A stretch of DNA of 64,000 nucleotides from an uncultured Fibrobacteraceae bacterium (GTDB lineage Bacteria; Krumholzibacteriota; Krumholzibacteriia; LZORAL124-64-63). The notes beneath the pieces are model-generated. The model was not told where the DNA came from. It did not search any database and saw only the letters and a program-made list of their open reading frames with translations. Location: the NCBI GenBank assembly GCA_964437115.1, contig CAYTFE010000001.1:169429-233428 (forward strand). The letters are read 5' to 3'. Positions 47,535 through 57,976 of the stretch are shown piece by piece. Positions within the stretch are counted from its first letter, which is position 1; every line of letters starts with the position of its first letter. The position numbers and the translations under genes are program-made.

Positions 47535-48830
47535 TTAGCTTATTTTGGCCCAGTAGTCAATCAGTCCTTCTTCATCAGGGACCTGAATATTATGGGCAAA
47601 TCCATGGCGAATATCGTCGATGTTCATGCTGTCCAGGGTCAGATTATCTGAATTGAACATTCTTGGTGGTAGCAGAACAAGACGCTCTCCAGAGAGCTGT
47701 GACAGAGAGTTACGAATATCCTGGCCAGTCAACAACCCCGAAATAGTAACAGAATTACCGTAGAATGTGTTATCAACAGCAACGATATCAACTTCTGGAA
47801 GTAGCGGGTTCTGGAAAATATGTTGCATTCGTGACTCAAAAGCATGTTTAGCAAGGTGGCCAGTGAGAATAGTTATCGGTTTTGTTGGCAGTTTGTTTTC
47901 ATTGTTCAATATCTCGATTTCGTCAGACCAGATATCGGACAGGCTACTTGTTGTGCCAATCCCATTGTCGAGTTGTGCAAAATCATCATAATGCTCTAGT
48001 GGTGGAAAAGGCTGCTCGGCAAGTAAGTAGATCTCATCACTGAGGTAAACAAAAGAATTGGAGTGTTTCTGCCTACTTCTCTGCTGCCATTTGGAGACTA
48101 TAGAAATAGCCTCAGTTGCGCCTTTTTTTGTAACTGGAGCTAGGTCAGGTAAACCGTCTCGATGTTGTGACAAGCCAACCGGCACAACAGCAAGAGTTTC
48201 AATATCAGGACACAATTCGTATAATTCTCTGATAGATTTATCCAGGATTTCGCCATCGTTCCAACCAGGACAAAGAACTATCTGAGTGTGTATTTTAATT
48301 CCACCACGAGTTAATTTTTTCAAAACCTCTATGACATCGATTCGTTTTTTAATACCAAGCATTTTAGTTCTTACATCAATATCGGTAGCATGAACCGAGA
48401 CAAACAGCGGGGTCATGTTCTGTTCAATTACCCGGTCTACTCCCCTTTTTCCAAGTGATGTCAATGTTATGTAGTTTCCGTATAAAAAACTGAATCGATA
48501 ATCCTCATCTTTTACATAAACACTCGATCGCATCCCTTTGGGATTCTGATCGATAAAACAAAATACACATTTACAGGCACAGGTTTTGAATTCCATAGCA
48601 GCAAAACAGGAAGTCACCTGGTCAAGAGCTTGAGGAGCGAATGACACTTGTGTAGTTGATCCATCAAGCCTTTGAATTGTGAGAACCATCCTGTCGCCAC
48701 TTGGCATGTAGTAATACAGGTCAAGCATGTCTTCAACTGGATGGTCGTCTACAGCTTTCACAAAGTCGCCGATTTTCCAGTCGTGCAATTTATCCAGTGG
48801 AGATGGAAATGGTTGTATCAGTTGTATCAT
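47535..48830 (-). CDS. PDZ-like plus radical SAM protein (DUF512 family), function unknown.
   Basis: CxxxCxxC cluster (CKCVFC) after an N-terminal PDZ-like region. About 431 aa. Its stop is 68 nt upstream of der. Confidence 0.65.
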   Translation of the reverse strand: MIQLIQPFPSPLDKLHDWKIGDFVKAVDDHPVEDMLDLYYYMPSGDRMVLTIQRLDGSTTQVSFAPQALDQVTSCFAAMEFKTCACKCVFCFIDQNPKGMRSSVYVKDEDYRFSFLYGNYITLTSLGKRGVDRVIEQNMTPLFVSVHATDIDVRTKMLGIKKRIDVIEVLKKLTRGGIKIHTQIVLCPGWNDGEILDKSIRELYELCPDIETLAVVPVGLSQHRDGLPDLAPVTKKGATEAISIVSKWQQRSRQKHSNSFVYLSDEIYLLAEQPFPPLEHYDDFAQLDNGIGTTSSLSDIWSDEIEILNNENKLPTKPITILTGHLAKHAFESRMQHIFQNPLLPEVDIVAVDNTFYGNSVTISGLLTGQDIRNSLSQLSGERLVLLPPRMFNSDNLTLDSMNIDDIRHGFAHNIQVPDEEGLIDYWAKIS

Positions 48831-49750
48831 GATTGCTCCGACAGGACTGAATCAATGAGTTTACGGAAGTTGGAGAGACTTATCGAATTTTCCGGTGAAC
48901 AACTCAAGAATTGTGGCTGTGCTTTAAACCAGGTGATTTGTCGTTTTGCATATTGTCGGGTTACTTCAATAATGCGCTCAGATAATGAGTCTTTTTGTAA
49001 TTCATTATTAAGGAACATTGATATTTCTCGATACCCGATTGATCGAAGGCCAGGTGAAGTTGTAAGGTGATTTTCCAATAATCCTGACGTTTCTTCTATC
49101 CAGCCGGACCGGAGCATAAGTTCCGTTCTATGAGCAATTCTTTGATGAAGTTCGCTTCGCTCCCTGTTTAAAAAGAGTAATGGAAATTCAAGGCTCAGAG
49201 CGGGATTTGGCCGTTGATCGGAGATTAATTGGCTCATAGTTTTGCCGGTTGTTTTGAAAATCTCCAGAGCTCTCTGACTGCGGTATCTGTCGTTGGGATG
49301 AATACGCTTGAAACTGTCAGAGTCGACTTTTTCAAGATCAGTACGTATTTCAGAATCAGACAGATTGTCGAGCTGTTCACGTAATTTTCCAGAGTTATCC
49401 TGGGGTATCTCCAATAAACCATTCTGCAGCACAGTCAAATACATTCCCGCACCACCAACCAGAATAGGCAACTTCCCTCGTTCAGTAATATCATTATGTA
49501 TATTGCAGAAATCATTACGAAATGCTTGTGCTGAATATGTGTCATCTGGAGATAGAAAATCTATTAGGTGATGTTTGCATACAGACTGCTCTTTTTCAGA
49601 TGGTTGTGCAGTACCAATTTTCATGCCTTTATATATCTGTCTACTGTCCAGAGATATAACTTCAACTGGGAATTGTTCAGCCAGAGACAATGTCAAGCCA
49701 GTTTTTCCTACTGCTGTTGGTCCTGCAATTACTGGACAGATATTTTTCAT
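48827..49750 (-). CDS. miaA: tRNA dimethylallyltransferase.
   Basis: P-loop GPTAVGKT, about 307 aa. Confidence 0.9.
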   Translation of the reverse strand: MKNICPVIAGPTAVGKTGLTLSLAEQFPVEVISLDSRQIYKGMKIGTAQPSEKEQSVCKHHLIDFLSPDDTYSAQAFRNDFCNIHNDITERGKLPILVGGAGMYLTVLQNGLLEIPQDNSGKLREQLDNLSDSEIRTDLEKVDSDSFKRIHPNDRYRSQRALEIFKTTGKTMSQLISDQRPNPALSLEFPLLFLNRERSELHQRIAHRTELMLRSGWIEETSGLLENHLTTSPGLRSIGYREISMFLNNELQKDSLSERIIEVTRQYAKRQITWFKAQPQFLSCSPENSISLSNFRKLIDSVLSEQS

Positions 49751-51520
49751 CTAACGACGTCCAAATCGTTTTTCCAAATCTTCAATTGTGAACTGGATAA
49801 GAGTTGGTCGGCCATGAGGACAAGATAGAGGGATGTCTGTTGCAAATAGTTTATCCACCAGGTTTTGCATCTCTGGAACAGTCAATAACTGACCGGCTCT
49901 AATTGCGCCATGACAGGCAAAACTGGCAAGCAGATCATTGGAATCTGCATTAGAGCTTTGATCTGTATCAGACAGGTCATCAAGGATATCCAAAAGCAGT
50001 TGTCCCTCCGACCAGTTCTTAACTGATGAAGGAATGCCCTGTACAATTATTGATTGGCCACCAAATGCTTCAGCAACAAAGCCCAAGGCTTGAAGTTCAG
50101 CCTGGTTGGATTGAAAAGTCTGAACTTGGGCTGGCGAAAGTTCAAGATGCACAGGAAAAAGCAATTGTTGAACAGGAATGGCAAAAGCACCATCATCAAC
50201 AGAAGCCTGAGCTTCATTATACAGAATTCTTTCATGACTGTTATGTTGATCAATTATTACCAGAGCACCTTTTATCTGTGTGCATATATATGTTCTGTGA
50301 AGTTGCCAGAATGGTGCTGAGCGAAGTTGAGAATTTTCGGAAGATGCTTGCTGTTGTGCAACAGATGAATTCGGGCTGTTATCAAACAATCCAGGTTGAG
50401 AGCTATTGCTATCAGTTGCAGAATATTTTGAAGCAAAATGCTTTTTCAAGTAATCATTTTGAGCTTCGTTTATAGAATCAAGATCTGGTGAATCAGACCT
50501 AGGAACATCGGGCAGAGGCGTCAGCTCGCGTAAATTCAAACCATCACGCAGTGACGAATTGATAAGAGAAAATACGGTGCGTTCAAGCATCAACCTTACT
50601 TCGGTTTTTGCTGGATGAACATTGATGTCTACTTCTCCTGCAGGAATCTGCAGAAAAAGTACAACAACCGGATGTCTCCCTGGTGGAATTACTTCTTTAT
50701 AGGCAGTTGCGATTGCTTGTGACAAAAGTGGACTTTTAACAGGTCTACGATTTATAAAAATAAACTGTTGAGTTCGATTGGGGCGTGTCCAGGTTGGCTT
50801 GCTGGCTAGTCCACCAACGGCTATGCCACCCTCTTCAGCTTCAAATCTCGTTAAGTGTTCTGAGGCGGGTCCGCCAAGCAAGTCCTTAACACGTGCAGGA
50901 AGTGAGTCAACTGTAAGGAGATCAAGAACCGGTGCATCGTCAGATAAAAGTTTGAAACGTATTTCCGGATAAGCCATAGCAATTGAAGTTACAACATTTG
51001 TGATTGCCTTTTTTTCAGCAGCCGGTGTTTTTAAATATTTTCTGCGGGCTGGAGTATTAAAAAACAGATCCTCAACAATGATTGTTGTGCCACGATTTCT
51101 TGATGCAGGCTCGCGCCTTTCTGTTGCCCCGCCACAGACACGCATCATTCCGCCAATATCTTCATCTTCCGACCGTGATGTTACAGTGCATCGGGAAACA
51201 GAGGCAATGCTGGCCATTGCTTCTCCCCTGAACCCAAATGAATCGACCTGAACAATATCAGCAGCAGAAACAATTTTGCTCGTTGCATGTCGTTCAAAAA
51301 CCAGAGGCAATTCGCGGAAAGGTATGCCGTGGCCATCATCTTCAACCGAAATTGACGTGATACCACCGTCAACAATATTAACATTAATTTTGGAAGCTCC
51401 AGCATCCAGTGAATTCTCAATTAGCTCTTTAACAACTGATGCAGGGCGTTCGATTACCTCACCGGCAGCTATTCTGTCGATTGAAACAGTATCAAGAATA
51501 CGGATTTGTTTGCGCGACAT
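49751..51520 (-). CDS. mutL: DNA mismatch repair protein MutL.
   Basis: GHKL ATPase motifs (ELIENSLDAG, DDGHGI). The C-terminal domain has the endonuclease-type CPHGRP motif. Confidence 0.9.
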   Translation of the reverse strand: MSRKQIRILDTVSIDRIAAGEVIERPASVVKELIENSLDAGASKINVNIVDGGITSISVEDDGHGIPFRELPLVFERHATSKIVSAADIVQVDSFGFRGEAMASIASVSRCTVTSRSEDEDIGGMMRVCGGATERREPASRNRGTTIIVEDLFFNTPARRKYLKTPAAEKKAITNVVTSIAMAYPEIRFKLLSDDAPVLDLLTVDSLPARVKDLLGGPASEHLTRFEAEEGGIAVGGLASKPTWTRPNRTQQFIFINRRPVKSPLLSQAIATAYKEVIPPGRHPVVVLFLQIPAGEVDINVHPAKTEVRLMLERTVFSLINSSLRDGLNLRELTPLPDVPRSDSPDLDSINEAQNDYLKKHFASKYSATDSNSSQPGLFDNSPNSSVAQQQASSENSQLRSAPFWQLHRTYICTQIKGALVIIDQHNSHERILYNEAQASVDDGAFAIPVQQLLFPVHLELSPAQVQTFQSNQAELQALGFVAEAFGGQSIIVQGIPSSVKNWSEGQLLLDILDDLSDTDQSSNADSNDLLASFACHGAIRAGQLLTVPEMQNLVDKLFATDIPLSCPHGRPTLIQFTIEDLEKRFGRR

Positions 51521-51604
51521 CTAAAGAGGTTTCCTTCTAGCCAAATTGCGAATCGATTTGTTACATGATAGATGCAATTTACTAGTCCCGTCAATGTCTG
51601 CAAA

Positions 51605-53104
51605 TTATTTATCGATTGTCTTTGATATTGCTGATTCAAACAAGTCATTCGCATTGTCGTATTTTCCCGGATATGTCACACGGCCGGCTTGAATGCCAAG
51701 TTTATCTGATTTGATAACTTCTTTAATTATTTGGATTAAGCGTCGTTCAAATCTGGAAACAGATTGAGATTCTTCAGGCGCGACAATAGCGATTGTATTG
51801 TCATTGACCATTGCTAGAGAGTCTGAACTTCTTACTGATTCGATGAGAATTCTGAGTATTGGAGTTACAGGAATGCTAAGCTTGATAACTGTCAAAGAGA
51901 AAGATGTATGATATCGATTTGAGCGGTCTATTTCATTCTTGAGTCGTGCAAGTAAGTCTTGTTCATTTTCAATTGCAGAATCACAGGTAGCACCAATAAA
52001 ATAGTTTTTGAAAGTTGGCAGCAGTTTTAAAGCAAATAAGGCGTCGTCTTTGCAGAACAAAGCACCGTCAAGTTGATGGACTGGAGTTTTCCCATGGAAT
52101 ACAACGGTAAAATCTGAATCATCAATAATAAGTAGATTTGCCGGAAAATCATCAGTGAATGCATAGCCAGATATGGCTTTGTCTTTTAATTCCATCAACC
52201 GATCCGGTATATTGTCTTGTGTCAGGTAGAACTCAACCTTATCGGAACCAAACAGCTGATTTAATACATCAGTATTGAAATCATTATTTTCGGCCAAACT
52301 GAGAACTGTTTCCATGGCGTTCAGAGCAAGATCTGGCCTGTGATTGTCGAGTGAATTGCTTATAACGGTATCGATATTGATTGCAAATGTTTCGAGTACA
52401 TCTTCAATTACTTCTGCAAAGTGTTCTTGGTATGAAGTAGTTGAAAATTCAACAGAAAGTGCCGATTTGAATTTCGTGGTTGTTAATGGAAGATACTCTC
52501 GTATGAAACCATATGAGCCATCGGTGCTATCTATTTTCAGCTTTCGCGATTTCAGTATTGAATTCTGCCAACCAGGGTGACTGTTATCAATTACCCCAAA
52601 CCTGGTAGAACCGTCTTTATCACTTTCAATGAGAAGTAACTTTGAGTCAGGTATTTCAATAGCAACTGATACAAAGTCGGCTTTGAATTCCATTGCAGCT
52701 GTGGAACACCAAACTGCAATTGCGTGATCCACACGATCAAATTCACAGGCTGTTTCATCCAGACTGAAATCACAAATTTCAGATTGAACTGCTGGAACTT
52801 TCATTTTGTGAAAAAAAGAGCTGGTAGAACATTTCGCAATGTTCAGCAGATGTGCGGTATCTGACAGAGAAGCTGAATGTTCCAGTGCGTCAGGATAAAC
52901 AAGAATGGAATTTTCTGGAATATTGTCTTTGCCTATCGATATCAACACTGGAAACCCTAATTTGACAGCTATCTCCTGTGCCGCAACAGAAAGGTTGTCA
53001 GGGTCGAGGATTGCATAAATACTGGCACCAGCGAATAAGGCCTTATCAGAGATAAGTCCAGATTCGTAAACTCCTGGCTGATACAGTATTACTTTCAAAA
53101 TCAC
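51605..53104 (-). CDS. Hypothetical 499-aa protein between mutS and mutL. Its C-terminal about 120 aa may form a highly degenerate GGDEF-like fold (GGEEF replaced by NDNT).
   Basis: No clear motifs. Weak positional similarity of RSNRYHTSFSLTVIKL ... AMVNDNTIAIV ... LGIQAGRVTYP ... DLFESA to GGDEF blocks. The N-terminal 380 aa are unassigned. Confidence 0.4.
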   Translation of the reverse strand: MILKVILYQPGVYESGLISDKALFAGASIYAILDPDNLSVAAQEIAVKLGFPVLISIGKDNIPENSILVYPDALEHSASLSDTAHLLNIAKCSTSSFFHKMKVPAVQSEICDFSLDETACEFDRVDHAIAVWCSTAAMEFKADFVSVAIEIPDSKLLLIESDKDGSTRFGVIDNSHPGWQNSILKSRKLKIDSTDGSYGFIREYLPLTTTKFKSALSVEFSTTSYQEHFAEVIEDVLETFAINIDTVISNSLDNHRPDLALNAMETVLSLAENNDFNTDVLNQLFGSDKVEFYLTQDNIPDRLMELKDKAISGYAFTDDFPANLLIIDDSDFTVVFHGKTPVHQLDGALFCKDDALFALKLLPTFKNYFIGATCDSAIENEQDLLARLKNEIDRSNRYHTSFSLTVIKLSIPVTPILRILIESVRSSDSLAMVNDNTIAIVAPEESQSVSRFERRLIQIIKEVIKSDKLGIQAGRVTYPGKYDNANDLFESAISKTIDK

Positions 53105-53188
53105 TCCCTGGATTGTAGGTACAACAATCCCATGAGTTTATTTTCGGCTATATAAAGCAATGCTTTACATTATTTTCTATATTTTAAG

Positions 53189-55846
53189 TTATTTTTGGGT
53201 AAGCTGCTTCTTCAATTTCGCGAGCCACATAAATGCATCCATGGGGCTTATTTTATTAATATCAAGATCCTGAAGGTTATCCAAAGCAGATCTTTCCTGA
53301 TCGGTGAATAATGATAGTTGATTATGTGCCTGAGAAATGTTTTCGGCGACGATAGAAAAACCGGTAGCATCGAAATTTCCATCGGACAGTGCACGTTGGT
53401 CTTCCAAAGCGAGATTATTCAATATTTGCTCAGCTCTGACCAATACCGGCTCAGGTATGCCAGCAAGTTTAGCGACATGAATTCCATAACTTTTGTCACT
53501 GCAACCTGGTTTCACAGAGTGAAGGAAGATAATCTTTCCCTCCCACTCTTTAACATCCATCTGCATATTTACCAATCGATTCAAGGAAATATCCAGTTCA
53601 GTTAATTCATGGTAGTGAGTTGCAAATATAGTTCGAGGTGAAGGGCTTGAATCTGCATGTAAGAATTCAGTAATTGCCCAGGCAAGAGACAGGCCGTCAT
53701 AAGTTGAGGTGCCACGACCAACTTCGTCCAGGACAACAAGACTGCGTTGTGACATAAGATGTAATATTCTGGCGGACTCGGACATTTCTGAAAAGAATGT
53801 CGATTGTCCACGTGCTACATTGTCGCTAGAACCAACTCGAGTGAATATACGATCGGTAATACCAATCCGTGCCGATTCTGCAGAAACGTGTGAACCTGCT
53901 TGAGCTAGCAAAACAATAAGTGCATTTTGGCGTAAATACGTTGATTTACCGCCCATATTTGGACCAGTCAGCAGGACAATCTGTTGTTCGTTGCAATCAA
54001 GTGCAGTGTCATTGGGAATAAACTCAGATTGCAGTAATTGTTCAACAACTGGATGTCGACCTTTGCGTATGTCCAGTATTAATGAATCATCGCAAACAGG
54101 CTGGCAGTAGTTATGTTTTTCAGCAAGCTCGGCAAAAGACGTCACAAGATCGATTGTAGCAAGGATGTTTGCTGCTTCAGTTAAACTGGAAATATAATCA
54201 GCAACAGAAATAACCAGCTCAGCATAAATGCTGGATTCCAGTTCAGAAATACGATTTTCAGCCTCGATGATTTTGTTCTCAGCCTCTTTTAGCTCAGGAG
54301 TATGATATCGACAGGCATTAACAAGAGTCTGTTTCTGCTCATAATGGTCCGGAACTTTATCAAGATGTTTTTTGGTGACTTCCAGGTAATACCCGAACAC
54401 TTTGTTAAAGCCAACTTTTAAAGTTGGTATACCACTGCTGCCTCGTTCAGATTGCTGTAGGTTTGCAAGGAAACCACGTGTGTCAGAAACTATTACACGG
54501 TAGCTATCCAGTTGCTCACTGAAACCGGTTGCTATGTACCCACCAGATTTCAATAGAGCTGGAGCATCATCTGTCAGAGTAGACGTAATTAATTCTGCGA
54601 GATGAGTAAAGTCGGGTACTGAGCTCGATTCAGATAATTCTGAAACTGACTTTTTGAAATCAAGACTGATGCTATTTAATAACTCTTCAAAAATATTGAG
54701 CGATTTTCCTAATTGCAACAATCTCGATGGCCCAATACGGCCGGAGATTGTTTGTGCTGACATTCGCTGCAAGTCCCCAACACCTTGGAGAAGCGTACGG
54801 ATATTTAATCGGGAATCACGGTCACTTCTACTTGAGCTAACAGTTTGATGCCAGTTGGTAAGTAACTCAATGTTTGTTAAAGGCTCAGCCAGACGATTTT
54901 CTAAAAGTCGGCGTCCCATAGCTGTTATTGTATAATCGATATGATGGATGACTGAGCCTTCGCCCCTGTCACCTCTGAAAGTTTTGAATATCTCGAGATT
55001 GCGCAGTGTTTCTTCGTCGAGCAAGAGTTTATCGCAACGATTAGTGTGGATCAGGGTTGTAATTTGAGCAGGCTTATTCATAGATAGAGTGGAATAATAT
55101 TTCAGTACTGCGCCTGCTGAGCATACAGCAAATGTATAGATATCGTCTTCAAGGTCAAACGGGTCGAGATTCAAAAAACCAAAGTGTTCACACAAGCAAG
55201 TCTTGGAGAATGAAGGATGAAACCATGACGCACTAACAGTATTAACTACAGTTCCAGGAAGTGATTGACGCCAGTTTAAAATTACTTCTGGTTCGGTTGT
55301 TTCAGAGACAATTGCTTCGCGAATATTAAATCGCTCACAAATAGCGAACAAAGATATATGCTCCTGGCCGCACTTGAATTCGCCTGTAGAAGCATCTAGA
55401 ACAGCCCATCCGGCCGTTCCATCTTTACTTTGATGATATGCAAGACAGTAATTTGACGCATTGGCTTCAACAAGGTCAGGTGAAGTAGCCGTTCCGGGAC
55501 TTATAACTTCAACAACTTCCCGCTTTACTAAGCCCTTGGCTTGAGCAGGATCCTCAACTTGTTCACAAATTGCTACTGTATGCCCAGCACTCAAGAGCCT
55601 TGTCAAATATGTTTGAATTGCATGATGTGGAACACCTGCCAAAGGAACAGGATGGTCACTGTTCTTGTCTCTTGTTGTTAAGGTAACTTTTGCTGCATCA
55701 GCGAGTATTTTTGCGTCATCAAAAAATGTTTCATAGAAATCCCCCATTCTGAAAAGCAAAACGGTGTCAGGATGTGCATTTTTAATTTCCAGATACTGTT
55801 TAAGCATAGGGGTAAGTTTTATTTTGCTATCTTTTGACTTGCTCAT
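53189..55846 (-). CDS. mutS: DNA mismatch repair protein MutS.
   Basis: Mismatch-binding N-terminus (GDFYETF), Walker A GPNMGGKST, and C-terminal HTH/dimerisation region. 885 aa. Confidence 0.95.
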   Translation of the reverse strand: MSKSKDSKIKLTPMLKQYLEIKNAHPDTVLLFRMGDFYETFFDDAKILADAAKVTLTTRDKNSDHPVPLAGVPHHAIQTYLTRLLSAGHTVAICEQVEDPAQAKGLVKREVVEVISPGTATSPDLVEANASNYCLAYHQSKDGTAGWAVLDASTGEFKCGQEHISLFAICERFNIREAIVSETTEPEVILNWRQSLPGTVVNTVSASWFHPSFSKTCLCEHFGFLNLDPFDLEDDIYTFAVCSAGAVLKYYSTLSMNKPAQITTLIHTNRCDKLLLDEETLRNLEIFKTFRGDRGEGSVIHHIDYTITAMGRRLLENRLAEPLTNIELLTNWHQTVSSSRSDRDSRLNIRTLLQGVGDLQRMSAQTISGRIGPSRLLQLGKSLNIFEELLNSISLDFKKSVSELSESSSVPDFTHLAELITSTLTDDAPALLKSGGYIATGFSEQLDSYRVIVSDTRGFLANLQQSERGSSGIPTLKVGFNKVFGYYLEVTKKHLDKVPDHYEQKQTLVNACRYHTPELKEAENKIIEAENRISELESSIYAELVISVADYISSLTEAANILATIDLVTSFAELAEKHNYCQPVCDDSLILDIRKGRHPVVEQLLQSEFIPNDTALDCNEQQIVLLTGPNMGGKSTYLRQNALIVLLAQAGSHVSAESARIGITDRIFTRVGSSDNVARGQSTFFSEMSESARILHLMSQRSLVVLDEVGRGTSTYDGLSLAWAITEFLHADSSPSPRTIFATHYHELTELDISLNRLVNMQMDVKEWEGKIIFLHSVKPGCSDKSYGIHVAKLAGIPEPVLVRAEQILNNLALEDQRALSDGNFDATGFSIVAENISQAHNQLSLFTDQERSALDNLQDLDINKISPMDAFMWLAKLKKQLTQK

Positions 55847-56805
55847 AATTCATCAGCTGTATCAACGACTATTGATTCCAGTTCAAATTTATTCTGATAG
55901 AATTCACATGCAGATTCAGCATCAGGTCTGGTTTTCCATGACCCAAGTCTAAGTTTGTAAATCATCGCGCCAGTATCAGAGTTGAAACTCTCTATCTCCA
56001 AGCCTGGAATCATGTCGTGCCAAGAAGAAATGAAAGTAATTGCATTTGATCTGTCATAAAACGCAGCAAACTGGATAGAAAAGCGACCATCGGTTTGTAT
56101 ATTAATAGCCTCCTCTAGCGGTTGTAGAGTATCAGGAATGTCAGGCAGATTGGTGTTTGTATTTATTGCCAAGCAGGCCAACGACGTTGGATACTCAGAT
56201 AAGATAAATTCAGCTGTTTTGAGTGACTTGTTCGGGTCCGAAAGTTTGGTTACGTGATACAAAGCCCATAGAAAAGATGGATCGTTATAAATCTTGTCGA
56301 TGTTGTCCAATATCTGCTCTGCTTTGGAACGCTCGCCTCTTCTTAAAGCAATCATAGCTTTATAATACAGTGCCCATGAGAACTCAGGATTAGATTTGGA
56401 TATTGATGAAAACAGTTCATCGGCAGTATCATAATCGCCATTAAGATAATGAAGTATTGCGGACAGGAATGGAGTCTGGTTTTCAGTGGAATCTTCCGAG
56501 GAATAACCTGGCTTTGCCAGGACTAGTCGGCTTTTTTCGATTTTAACGAAATTTTCAAACTGCGGAAAGTTTACAAAATACTTTGCAGATTCATTGAAAA
56601 GGATAACCAACTCTTCTGGATCTGATTCCAGCCTGATGCGCCAATATAAGTAGTCTACTCCTTTTTGGCCATTGACTCCAAGTGAGTCAAGCATGGCAGT
56701 TGTAGTAGAATAATCGGCAGAATTAAAGTTGAAGTCTACTTCTTCCCATTGAGCGCACGCAGGCACTGTAAGTAAGAACAATAGTAGAAAAACAATTTTA
56801 TTCAC
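55843..56805 (-). CDS. TPR-repeat protein with a C-terminal SPOR (peptidoglycan-binding) domain.
   Basis: Signal peptide NKIVFLLLFLLTVPACAQ if translation starts at a GTG. That GTG has a GGAGG SD and overlaps the lapB stop (GTGAATAA). The ORF-track start at 56982 is an upstream out-of-frame extension. C-terminal FSIQFAAFYDRSNAITFISS...YKLRLGSWKTRPDAESA is SPOR-like. Confidence 0.55.
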   Translation of the reverse strand: MNKIVFLLLFLLTVPACAQWEEVDFNFNSADYSTTTAMLDSLGVNGQKGVDYLYWRIRLESDPEELVILFNESAKYFVNFPQFENFVKIEKSRLVLAKPGYSSEDSTENQTPFLSAILHYLNGDYDTADELFSSISKSNPEFSWALYYKAMIALRRGERSKAEQILDNIDKIYNDPSFLWALYHVTKLSDPNKSLKTAEFILSEYPTSLACLAINTNTNLPDIPDTLQPLEEAINIQTDGRFSIQFAAFYDRSNAITFISSWHDMIPGLEIESFNSDTGAMIYKLRLGSWKTRPDAESACEFYQNKFELESIVVDTADEL

Positions 56806-57973
56806 CAGTGTGTGCCTCCGCCAAAGTTGACTTTGCAACAGTGTCAAAGTTGTTACAAGAAGAGCAATACCAGCGTTTTGAATTGTAAGCTTTATCACAT
56901 TCAGAACATTGCCAGTTAAGATTGTCAGGTGACATATAAATGCTTTCCCAGACACATGTAAAATCACTTGGAGGCAAGTCATTAACTAGAAGTTTAATGA
57001 ATGGTGCAACAGCGACTGGTGTAAATTGTGGATCTCCAGATTTGTTCGACAACATTCTAACAGCTCTTTCTCTATCCCCAACTTTGTCATAGAGGATAGC
57101 CAGAGCAACAATAAGTGAAGCTGGCGCAGAATCATTATGGCAAGCAGATTCCAGAATCGGAATTGTTCTTTCATAACGACCACTACTTAGTAAGGCTTTT
57201 TCAAGAAGCGGGAAAAACAGATCGCCATGAGTTGGAAAATTCAGAAGACCTTCTGTTGAGATTTCAGCACACTTCTCAAAATCTTGCTCAACAAGAGATG
57301 CGTGAGATTCAATTACAAGACGGAAAGAATAATTTGAACTATCCTTGCCTATCGATTTTACCAGTTTCATGGCAAGAGCACTTTGCTCATCAGAAATTGC
57401 AATTTGTGCACGATCCAACTGATAAAGTTCATACCAGTTATTAAAGATGTCTTTATGACTTGCAGACACTTTTTTCACAGCAGACTTGAGTGTTTTTGCA
57501 GCCTCATCATGCTTTTCCATACCAGCCCATTGCTGGAATCGGCACTGCCAAAATATCGGTGTTGCAGGATTCTGACGTTGAAGAGTATCAAGAAGTTCTT
57601 TTGCCTCTTGCCACTTATTGAGGACAATGAGGTCTTGCGCAAGTGCCAATGATATTGAAAACTGCTTTTGAGTACTAACTCCAGGTCTGACAGTTAAGCC
57701 CCGGTGAAGTACAGCAGCACGTCTTGCATCTCCGCTTTCACGCAGAAGGTTTGCAAGTTGCAGATATGGATCAATAGACGACGGGTCATTATCAATTGCT
57801 TCACGCATCGATAAAATGGCCGCACTTATATCTCCGCTGAGCCACTGCTCCAATCCACGAGTGTAAGAATCTTCTTGGACAGTGGAGCGTTTTCTGTGAA
57901 TAGAAAAAAACCAAAACACTATTGCAGTTATGGCTACAATAGAAAATACAAACAACCAGAATTGTATTGTCAT
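56798..57973 (-). CDS. lapB: LapB (YciM)-like LPS assembly regulator: N-terminal TM, TPR repeats, C-terminal rubredoxin-like zinc ribbon.
   Basis: N-terminal TM (FWLFVFSIVAITAIVFWFF). TPR repeats. C-terminal CSECDKAYNSKRWYCSSCNNFD gives CxxC...CxxC. About 391 aa, matching the E. coli LapB architecture. Confidence 0.65.
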   Translation of the reverse strand: MTIQFWLFVFSIVAITAIVFWFFSIHRKRSTVQEDSYTRGLEQWLSGDISAAILSMREAIDNDPSSIDPYLQLANLLRESGDARRAAVLHRGLTVRPGVSTQKQFSISLALAQDLIVLNKWQEAKELLDTLQRQNPATPIFWQCRFQQWAGMEKHDEAAKTLKSAVKKVSASHKDIFNNWYELYQLDRAQIAISDEQSALAMKLVKSIGKDSSNYSFRLVIESHASLVEQDFEKCAEISTEGLLNFPTHGDLFFPLLEKALLSSGRYERTIPILESACHNDSAPASLIVALAILYDKVGDRERAVRMLSNKSGDPQFTPVAVAPFIKLLVNDLPPSDFTCVWESIYMSPDNLNWQCSECDKAYNSKRWYCSSCNNFDTVAKSTLAEAHTGE

Positions 57974-57976
57974 TTG

